From NCBI GenBank assembly GCA_964441705.1, contig CAYTWF010000001.1, positions 42,163 to 106,162 of the forward strand: 64,000 nucleotides of DNA, in the 5' to 3' direction. The stretch comes from an uncultured Butyrivibrio sp. GTDB lineage: Bacteria; Bacillota; Clostridia; Lachnospirales; Lachnospiraceae. Positions 30,087-37,282 of the stretch are shown piece by piece. The translations under genes were made by a program, and so were the position numbers. The stretch's first letter is position 1, and every line of letters starts with the position of its first letter. The notes under the pieces were generated by a model. The model was not told the origin of the DNA. It did no database searches and was given only the letters and a program-made list of their open reading frames with translations.

Positions 30087-33000
30087 ATGAAGGCAGGGAG
30101 ATTTATTAAAAGAGCGATGGCTGCATTACTGGCTGTTCTCACATTGATTACCGCTGTTCCAGCGGTATCCTTTGCAGACACAGGCGACAGCTGCAATTCA
30201 ATTGCAACAGAAGCCGAATTTACAACGGGCAAATATGTAATGGCAGTTGATACAGGATATGCAGTAGGACGTCTTGAATCAGGCTGGTTAACAGCTCATC
30301 AAGTTAGTCCGTCAGGTGGAAGCATAACACCAACTGATACAATTATTGCTGATATCACAGTAGATTCAGTTGCTGGGACAGCTAAAATCAAGCTTGGTGA
30401 TAAATATGTTGCACCAGATACAGGAAGTAACAAAGTTATTGAAGGCGAATATGCATGGAGTTATACATTTGCAAATGGTAAGGTAGAGTTTGCTGATAGT
30501 GCGCATACGATTAAACTTGCAAGCAATACGAATTCATCTAATAAGTTCAGACGTTATATGAACTCAACAGCAGATGGTACAGGTTATGCATCTAAATTTA
30601 CTTTATACAAGCTTGCCGAAGGAGCAACACTGGCTACAGCAGCACCTGTAGCAGCACCACAGGCTGGCAGTGTTGTAAGTGGAACTGAGGTAGTTTTAAC
30701 CTCAACAACAGCTGGAGCAGCAATCTATTATACAATGGATGACACTGACCCGGCGGATGCTACTAACAGTGCACGTAAGTTATACAGCAGTGCTAACAAG
30801 CCTGTAATAACAGCGGCGTGTACTTTAAAGGCTGTTGCAGAGCTTAATGGAGTAAAAAGTGCAACACAGACCTTAAGATATACAATTAAACAAGCAGCAG
30901 CGGCAACGATTGCTGATGGAGATAAGGTTGTCATATATGCACCGGCATACAATATGGCTTTATCTGGTGAATATAATGGTTATTACAATAAGGGAACTGC
31001 CGTAACAGTTGGAAGTGACAATAAGCTTTCTGGCTATACTGATAAGGATGTATGGACCGTATCCGATAATGGGGATGGGACCTTCAGCTTTACATATAAC
31101 AGTCAAAAAATAGCACTTGGAGCCGGTTACAGCAGCATGCCTCTTGGTGAGGTAAATGACAAATGGACTCTTGAAGAGGCAGCTGATGGCACCTGGTACA
31201 TTAAGAATAAGGGACGCAGCCTGTATATGGAGTGGTACGCAAGTAATTCCTATTGGAGTGCTTATGGAAAAATTAACGCAGGCAGCGAGGGCATGTTCCA
31301 GTTGAAGTTCTATAAGGCTGAAAGTACTTCAACAACTCCAGAAGCTCCGGAGGAGCCAACAGCAGAAGGTCTTGAACTGAATGCCAGTCCTAAGAATGGA
31401 GCTAGTGTTGAAGCTGGACAGAAGATTACATTAAGTGCAGCTGATGGAATACAGATATTCTATACTATTTCAACAAATGGAACAGCACCGGCTGACCCTG
31501 ACGTTACTGTAGCTGCACAGAAGTATGCTAATCCATTAGAAATATCAGAAACACCATCAAGTGATAAGCCTGTTATTATTAAAGCTGTTGCATACAAGCC
31601 TGCAGCAGGGGACCAGCCAGCCAAAACAGGAGAAGTATATACACTCACCTACAAAGCACCAGTAAACCTTGATGATTATAAGCTGTATTTTGGACAGCTT
31701 CATGCACATACTAATTTGTCAGATGGTACAGGTACAGTTGCACAGGCCTATGCTCATGCAGCGAAGGTTCCAAACCTTGATTTCCTAGCACTTACTGACC
31801 ATTCCAACTCATTTGATGGGGCAGCAGTTGATGCAAAAATGCATTTGGGAGATTCAGAAGCTGAAAGCGTAAGCAGTGATTGGAATGAGGGCAGACAGGG
31901 AGCTCGTGATATTAATGCAGCAGAGAATGGAACCTTTATTGGTCTGTATGGCTTTGAGATGACATGGTCAGGTGGTTCACCTGGACATATTAACACCTTT
32001 AATTCAAAGGGCTTTGAAAGTAGAAATCTTGCTCCTTACAAAAAGGGAGATAATTACACAGTACTTCAGGAGTATTTTAATACTCTTAATGAAAATCCTG
32101 AGACAATATCACAGTTCAATCATCCAGGTGATACCTTTGGTGATTTCATGGATTTTGCATTATTTGATACAGTTACGGATAATCAGATGACATTAATTGA
32201 GGTAGGCAATGGTGAGGGTGCAATTGGAGCAACCGGATATTTCCCATCCTACAGCTACTACACCCGTGCTCTTGATAAGGGCTGGCATGTGGCTCCTGCC
32301 AATAATCAGGATAATCATAAGGGTAACTGGGGTGATTCCAATACAGCACGAAGCGTAGTTCTTGCAAGTGAACTTACAGAGGAAGCTATATATGATGCAA
32401 TGAAGAATTACAGAGTATATGCAACAGAGGATAATGACCTTTCTATTCTCTATTCATTAAATGGCAATGCCATGGGTTCAATTCTTGATGACCAGGACAG
32501 CGTAAAGATTGAAGTATCAATAAAGGACCCAACGGATACAAAGGGAAGCACCAAGGTAGAGGTTATTGTTAATGGCGGACAGACATTGGCTGAGCAGACC
32601 TTTACAGGTGGCAGTGCAGACCTTGTTTTTGATAATCTTACTTCAACCTATGGATATTATTACTTAAGAATTACACAGGCAGATAAAAACATTGCTGTTA
32701 CAGCACCTGTATGGGTTGGAGAAAGTGTTAATGCCGGTATATCCAAAACAGCCAGCAGTGTAGCAATGCCAATTAAGGGTGATTCAGTTAATGTATCAAG
32801 CCAGATATATAATAATCTTGGTGAGGATATGCAGGTTGTTTCATTAACATATACGATGGAAGGTCAGGACAGTCCTTTTCATACTGCCGATGCAGCAACT
32901 ATTGGCACAAATGGAATAATTGCATCCAAGTCTTCATATACATATGAATTTCCATATGAGGCAACGGAGGCCGGCGGCTTTAATATTAATGTCCAGATGA

Positions 33001-34736
33001 AGGCTAAAATAGGAGGAGAGGAATATACTTTTACAGATGTTCTTAAGCTTAGCGTATCTCATCCTTCAATTGCCACAAAGGTACTGATTGACGGTACACA
33101 TTATAACGATTATGTTAACGGCTATTATTCAGGAAATATGGGGAACTTCATCAACATGGGAACCGCTGATAATATTCAGGTAAAAATTGCACAGCCTGGT
33201 GAAACTATTACAGCAGAGACCTTAAAGGATGTTGCACTTTTTGTAATATCTGCACCTCTTAAGTATACAAGCAGCTATACTGGTGATGCAGCGGTAAGCA
33301 CCTTTGAAGACAGCTTTGTTGAGCTTGTTAAAGATTATGTAGCAGGTGGTGGTACTGTAGTAGTATGTGGACTTGCTGATTATCAGGATTCAAGCGACGG
33401 AAGTCCATATACAAGCTATGAACAGGCTAATAAACTTCTCGAAGGAATTGGTTCCACAGTAAGAATTAACGATGATGAGATTGTAGATTTGGTTGAAAAA
33501 GGAAATCAGCCATTCCGTCTCTATTTTAATGATTTTAATACTACATCCGCAGATGCGGTTGTGAATAAGGTTCTTGAGGGAGTTGTTGCTTCAGGACTTC
33601 CATATAGCTCATATTCAGGTTGTTCAGTTTCAGTTGGAAATGGAGAAGCAATTGTATATGGACATGAAACTACCTTCTCTATCAACAGCAAGGCTCCGGC
33701 ACTTGGTCATGATAAGCCTGTTATTAACGCAACAGCAACTGGATTTACGTATAATGAAGCGGATGCAGTTGTCAAGCAGGGAGATGTTGTTGCAATGGCA
33801 ACAGAGGCTGTAGGAACAGGACGTGTGTTTGTATCCGGTACAGTATTCTGTTCTAATTTTGAAGTATCAACTGAGGACCAGGTAAGCTATTCCAATGGAA
33901 TTATTGCTCAGAACATTCTTGACATGGTTCAAAAGGAGCCTGTAATCAGCTCTATGGAAGATGTAAGGACTGGCAGTGAGGGAGACGTATTTACCGTAGT
34001 AGGTACAGTTGCAAACGGAACTGCAGAGACTGGAAATGCATTTTTCAATACAATATACATTCAGGACGAAAAGGGCAACGGCATCAACGTATTCCCGATT
34101 GATGACAACACAATTCGTCGTGGTGACCAGGTTATGGTAACAGGAACTATCAGTGCCTATAACGGAGATAAGCAGCTTTCAGCAATTAATGTTAAGGTGC
34201 TTGAGGGAACAAAAAATGTTGTTATCAGTGATGTAACCACAAAAGAGGCTGATGATTATAATACCAATTTTGGTAAGCTTGTTCGTGTACAGGGTGTTGT
34301 TAAGAGCGTCAGGGTTACAAGTGGTCTCATTGACAGCATTGAGGTTATGGATGACAGTGGAAAGAGCTGCAGAGTGTTTGTTGACGGATATATCGATTAT
34401 TCAGATTCTGCATCACAGAAGCTTGAGGATTTTGTAAAAGAAGGTGCATATATCAGTGCTGTAGGCTTCGTATCTCATGATGCAGAGGGTAACAGATTGA
34501 GAGTACGTGACCGTTCAGAAATAAAGGCTGCTGTTCAAAGCAACAATGGCCCTGTCACAAATAAACCAAATACACCGAATAAACCGACAACTAACAATCC
34601 AAATGGCGATGATTTAATGTCACCTAGTCTTGGAGAAAACAGTCATCTGGGTATCTGGTTAGCTGTAGCAGCTGTAGGAATACTGCTTATTGCTTGCGTC
34701 ATATACACAGAAAAGAAAAAAACAGCATCAAAGTAA
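30087..34736 (+). CDS. Large surface-anchored multidomain metallohydrolase (PHP / CehA-McbA-like catalytic domain, Fn3-like modules, C-terminal OB folds)
   Basis: Signal peptide; 'IYYTMDDTDP' and 'IFYTISTNGTAP' modules; 'FGQLHAHTNLSDG', 'ALTDHS', 'GHIN', 'FNHP', 'NQDNH'; OB-like 'IYIQDEKGNGINVF...GDQVMVTG'; Pro/Asn linker, 'SPSLGE', TM helix, basic tail. Confidence 0.8.
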   Translation: MKAGRFIKRAMAALLAVLTLITAVPAVSFADTGDSCNSIATEAEFTTGKYVMAVDTGYAVGRLESGWLTAHQVSPSGGSITPTDTIIADITVDSVAGTAKIKLGDKYVAPDTGSNKVIEGEYAWSYTFANGKVEFADSAHTIKLASNTNSSNKFRRYMNSTADGTGYASKFTLYKLAEGATLATAAPVAAPQAGSVVSGTEVVLTSTTAGAAIYYTMDDTDPADATNSARKLYSSANKPVITAACTLKAVAELNGVKSATQTLRYTIKQAAAATIADGDKVVIYAPAYNMALSGEYNGYYNKGTAVTVGSDNKLSGYTDKDVWTVSDNGDGTFSFTYNSQKIALGAGYSSMPLGEVNDKWTLEEAADGTWYIKNKGRSLYMEWYASNSYWSAYGKINAGSEGMFQLKFYKAESTSTTPEAPEEPTAEGLELNASPKNGASVEAGQKITLSAADGIQIFYTISTNGTAPADPDVTVAAQKYANPLEISETPSSDKPVIIKAVAYKPAAGDQPAKTGEVYTLTYKAPVNLDDYKLYFGQLHAHTNLSDGTGTVAQAYAHAAKVPNLDFLALTDHSNSFDGAAVDAKMHLGDSEAESVSSDWNEGRQGARDINAAENGTFIGLYGFEMTWSGGSPGHINTFNSKGFESRNLAPYKKGDNYTVLQEYFNTLNENPETISQFNHPGDTFGDFMDFALFDTVTDNQMTLIEVGNGEGAIGATGYFPSYSYYTRALDKGWHVAPANNQDNHKGNWGDSNTARSVVLASELTEEAIYDAMKNYRVYATEDNDLSILYSLNGNAMGSILDDQDSVKIEVSIKDPTDTKGSTKVEVIVNGGQTLAEQTFTGGSADLVFDNLTSTYGYYYLRITQADKNIAVTAPVWVGESVNAGISKTASSVAMPIKGDSVNVSSQIYNNLGEDMQVVSLTYTMEGQDSPFHTADAATIGTNGIIASKSSYTYEFPYEATEAGGFNINVQMKAKIGGEEYTFTDVLKLSVSHPSIATKVLIDGTHYNDYVNGYYSGNMGNFINMGTADNIQVKIAQPGETITAETLKDVALFVISAPLKYTSSYTGDAAVSTFEDSFVELVKDYVAGGGTVVVCGLADYQDSSDGSPYTSYEQANKLLEGIGSTVRINDDEIVDLVEKGNQPFRLYFNDFNTTSADAVVNKVLEGVVASGLPYSSYSGCSVSVGNGEAIVYGHETTFSINSKAPALGHDKPVINATATGFTYNEADAVVKQGDVVAMATEAVGTGRVFVSGTVFCSNFEVSTEDQVSYSNGIIAQNILDMVQKEPVISSMEDVRTGSEGDVFTVVGTVANGTAETGNAFFNTIYIQDEKGNGINVFPIDDNTIRRGDQVMVTGTISAYNGDKQLSAINVKVLEGTKNVVISDVTTKEADDYNTNFGKLVRVQGVVKSVRVTSGLIDSIEVMDDSGKSCRVFVDGYIDYSDSASQKLEDFVKEGAYISAVGFVSHDAEGNRLRVRDRSEIKAAVQSNNGPVTNKPNTPNKPTTNNPNGDDLMSPSLGENSHLGIWLAVAAVGILLIACVIYTEKKKTASK

Positions 34737-34750
34737 TCATATTATTTTGT

Positions 34751-34783
34751 GAAAAAGTCTCCTGCAACTTGGGAGGCTTTTTC
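34751..34783 (+). terminator. Intrinsic terminator
   Basis: GAAAAAGTCTCCT-gcaactt-GGGAGGCTTTTTC. Confidence 0.75.
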
Positions 34784-34921
34784 AGACTGTAAACGAAGTA
34801 CGGGCATATAGAAATAATCAGAAAGTCCTTGCAATCAATTTTTAATCGATATAGCATAGATATATCAGTACTGAAATAAAGAAAAGCCGGCTTCAAATTC
34901 TAGAAGAAAGCGAGCAGATAT

Positions 34922-35908
34922 ATGGACAAAGCAATGTCAGAAATCCAAAGAATTGTGCAGGAACAGGAGCCTAATATATGTGAGATTACAGTTATTAAAG
35001 ATGGAACTGCTGTGTATGATGGATTTTGGAATGGATTTCAAAAGGGTGATGCATTAAATGTTATGTCGGTTACCAAGAGTGTGATTGGAATTTTGACAGG
35101 AATTGCACTTGATAAAGGTCTTATTCACAGCGTTAACCAAAGGGTATTGGATTTATTTCCGGACTATATTACCAAGCGTGGAGAAAAAACAATACAACAG
35201 GTAACGATTCGACATCTTATTACCATGTCAGCCCCCTACAAGTACAAATCAGAACCCTGGACAAAGGTATGCACAAGTGAGGACTGGACTAAGGCGGCAT
35301 TAGACCTCCTTGGAGGAAGGTCTGGAATCACAGGCGATTTTAAGTATTCAACTCTGGGAATTCAGATTATGTCTGGAATTATTGAAAAAGCCACCAAAAT
35401 GAGGCTGGTTGATTTTGCAAACCAGTATTTATTTAACCCGCTTGAAATTCCAGCGCATACAATACATGGTGACAGCTCAAAGGAGGACCAATTTGATTTT
35501 CTAATGAATAAAGGTCCTCGTAAGAATGAGTGGTATTCGGACCCACAGGGGACAGTGACTGCAGGCTGGGGATTGACGCTCTCTGCTGCGGATATGGCTA
35601 AAATTGGTTGGATGTGTCTGAATAAAGGAATGTATCGCGGGCAGCATGTGATTAGCCCGGAATGGATTGAGCAGATGACAGTTCCATATCGGAAACTGGA
35701 TGAGCGGTTTGGCAATTTATCCTATGGGTATTTATGGTGGATTATAAATAATCCAAAGCATGTATATGCGGCAATCGGTGATGGTGGCAATGTTATTTAC
35801 GTCAATACCGAGAAAAACATTGCAATAGGAGTAGCAGCAACCTTCAAACCAAGAATTTTTGACCGCATCGATTTTATCGAGTCAAAAATACTGCCATATT
35901 TTATCTAA
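34922..35908 (+). CDS. Serine hydrolase, beta-lactamase (class C/AmpC-like) family
   Basis: SxxK 'MSVTKS', 'TIRHLITM', 'FKYST', 'LFNPL', 'DMAKIG', 'YGYLWW', 'GDGGN'. Confidence 0.85.
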   Translation: MDKAMSEIQRIVQEQEPNICEITVIKDGTAVYDGFWNGFQKGDALNVMSVTKSVIGILTGIALDKGLIHSVNQRVLDLFPDYITKRGEKTIQQVTIRHLITMSAPYKYKSEPWTKVCTSEDWTKAALDLLGGRSGITGDFKYSTLGIQIMSGIIEKATKMRLVDFANQYLFNPLEIPAHTIHGDSSKEDQFDFLMNKGPRKNEWYSDPQGTVTAGWGLTLSAADMAKIGWMCLNKGMYRGQHVISPEWIEQMTVPYRKLDERFGNLSYGYLWWIINNPKHVYAAIGDGGNVIYVNTEKNIAIGVAATFKPRIFDRIDFIESKILPYFI

Positions 35909-35946
35909 AAAAATCATTATTCAACCACTTTTTTTATTAAAAGTGG

Positions 35947-35975
35947 TTGACAAAATAAAGTCTATATAGTATATT
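35947..35975 (+). promoter_or_regulatory. sigmaA promoter of tRNA-Gly
   Basis: TTGACA (35947-35952), 17 bp, TATATT (35970-35975); the -35 overlaps the inverted repeat TCAACCACTTT...AAAGTGGTTGA. Confidence 0.8.
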
Positions 35976-36013
35976 ACCACTTGTGACTGCGAAAAACGTA
36001 ATCACATTTTAAT

Positions 36014-36085
36014 GCGCGAGTGGCTCAGTGGTGGAGCGTCTCCTTGCCAAGGAGAAGGTCGCGGGTTCGATCCCCGTCTCGCGCT
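36014..36085 (+). tRNA. tRNA-Gly (anticodon GCC)
   Basis: Acceptor GCGCGAG/CTCGCGC, D arm GCTC/GAGC, anticodon arm TCTCC-TTGCCAA-GGAGA, T arm GCGGG-TTCGATC-CCCGT, discriminator T; CCA not encoded. Confidence 0.97.
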
Positions 36086-36102
36086 TATTTTTTTGTCTAA
36101 AT

Positions 36103-36128
36103 GGCTTCTCGTTTGAGGAGCTTTTTTA
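36103..36128 (+). terminator. tRNA terminator
   Basis: GGCTTCTC-gttt-GAGGAGCT followed by a T-run. Confidence 0.7.
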
Positions 36129-36141
36129 CTATGTAAAAGTG

Positions 36142-36927
36142 CGAAGGAATATGGCAGATGAGACTCACGACGGAGGAGCACAATGGGTCTCACGGAAGGA
36201 TATAGAAGCTGAGACCCACGGGAGGATGTAGCTGCGGGTCAGGCATAGGGAAGCAAGCTTATGAGACCCACAACCGCGAAGAACACTGGGCCTCACAGAA
36301 GTATATTGCAGCTGAGACCCAAGGCAGCAGAGAACACTGGGTCTCACGAGAGAATAATGCGGCTGCGACCCACGAGATGTTATAGCTTGGGTCAGGCATA
36401 AGGAAGCAAGCTTGTAAGACCCAGACTACAGTAGCATACTGGGTCTCACAGAAGGATAATTTAGTTGAGACCCACGGGAGGATGTAGCTGCGGGTCAGGC
36501 ATAGGGAAGCAAGCTTGTAAGACCTGCGACCGTGAAGCACACTGGGTCTCACGAAAGGATGTTGCAACTGAGACCCAAGGCAGCAGAGTACACTGGGTCT
36601 CACGGAAGGATGTTGTGGATGAGACCCACGGGACGTTAGAGCTGTGGGTCAGGCATAAGGAAGCAAGCTTGTAAGACCCAAGGTGGCAGAGAACATTGGG
36701 TCTCACGAGAGGATATAGCAGCTGAGACCCAAGGCGGCAGAGTACACTGGGTCTCACAGAAGGATAATTTAGCTGAGACCCACGAGATGTTATAGCTGTG
36801 GGTCAGGCATAAGGAAGCAAGCTTGTAAGACCCAGACCACAGTAGAACACTGGGTCTCACGAGAGTATAGTGCTTCTAGGACCCACAACGCCGAAGCACA
36901 CTGGGTCTCACGGAAGAATAACGCGCT
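36142..36927. repeat. Array of 15 units (51-52 bp) of alternating inverted 9-bp motifs with fixed-length spacers
   Basis: TGAGACCCA-type motifs at 36159, 36210, 36262, 36313, 36364, 36415, 36466, 36518, 36569, 36620, 36672, 36723, 36774, 36826, 36877; reverse-complement TGGGTCTCA or YGGGTCAGG at 36184, 36235, 36287, 36338, 36388, 36440, 36491, 36543, 36594, 36645, 36697, 36748, 36799, 36851, 36902; spacers 16 nt (one 15) and 17/18 nt. Confidence 0.95.
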
Positions 36928-36929
36928 TT

Positions 36930-36964
36930 AGCCTCAGGCAAATTCGCCCTGAGGCTGTTTTATT
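36930..36964 (+). terminator. Hairpin/terminator closing the array
   Basis: AGCCTCAGG-caaattcgc-CCTGAGGCT followed by GTTTTATT on the + strand. Confidence 0.7.
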
Positions 36965-37160
36965 GCTCACTATAGCATAAGATGTCATTTGGAGTGCATT
37001 TGAGTATACTGCATAACCGGTCCAAGGTGAACATGGTTATGCTTTTGTTATGTTTAAGATTGTAGATAGTTCGGGAGCTGATGCCATATTTATCAATCAG
37101 TGTGTACGTTGTAATCCCTTTTTGTTTCATTGTGATCCATAAAGTATCATAGGTTATCAT
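36960..37160 (-). CDS. Small XRE/Cro-family helix-turn-helix protein (66 aa)
   Basis: 'MITYDTLWITMKQKGITTYTL...GISSRTIYNLKHNKSITMFTLDRLCSILKCTPNDIL'; RBS GAAAGGAG before ATG 37160. Confidence 0.88.
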   Translation of the reverse strand: MITYDTLWITMKQKGITTYTLIDKYGISSRTIYNLKHNKSITMFTLDRLCSILKCTPNDILCYSEQ

Positions 37161-37211
37161 AGAACAGCTCCTTTCCTGATGATACATTTATTATCATTTT
37201 CAAACTTGATA

Positions 37212-37240
37212 TTGCATATACTGAAAAATGTAACTATAAT
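37212..37240 (+). promoter_or_regulatory. sigmaA promoter of the hybrid kinase
   Basis: TTGCAT (37212-37217), 17 bp, TATAAT (37235-37240); the -10 lies inside the palindrome CTATAA-ttg-TTATAG. Confidence 0.6.
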
Positions 37241-37282
37241 TGTTATAGATGTTGCATGAAGGTATTAATAAGGGAGTACAGA

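Noticed and set aside
34922-35908. Beta-lactam resistance gene
   Set aside because: No signal peptide; a generic SxxK serine hydrolase, so resistance cannot be inferred.
36002-36231. ORFs 36002-36193(-) and 36028-36231(+)
   Set aside because: They overlap the tRNA gene and its terminator; spurious.
36165-36860. Repeat-protein ORFs ('MRPSVL...', 60-114 aa) on either strand
   Set aside because: The 51-bp period mimics a 17-aa repeat, but the 52-bp units shift frame, giving several overlapping short ORFs with no RBS.
36184-36910. Synthetic Golden Gate construct (17 BsaI GGTCTC/GAGACC sites, 5 HindIII sites)
   Set aside because: Many copies are degenerate (GAGACT, GGCCTC, GCGACC, TAAGACC) and spacers show natural-looking divergence; the sites are a by-product of the motif.
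36142-36927. CRISPR array
   Set aside because: Repeats are 9-bp alternating inverted motifs, spacers are only 16-18 nt and related to each other, and no cas genes are in the window.
36142-36927. Firm call as a TIGR-Tas array
   Set aside because: The unit is 51-52 nt, the variable windows recur as families, only the short repeat has the TG...CCA form, and no Nop-domain gene is nearby; kept only as an analogy.
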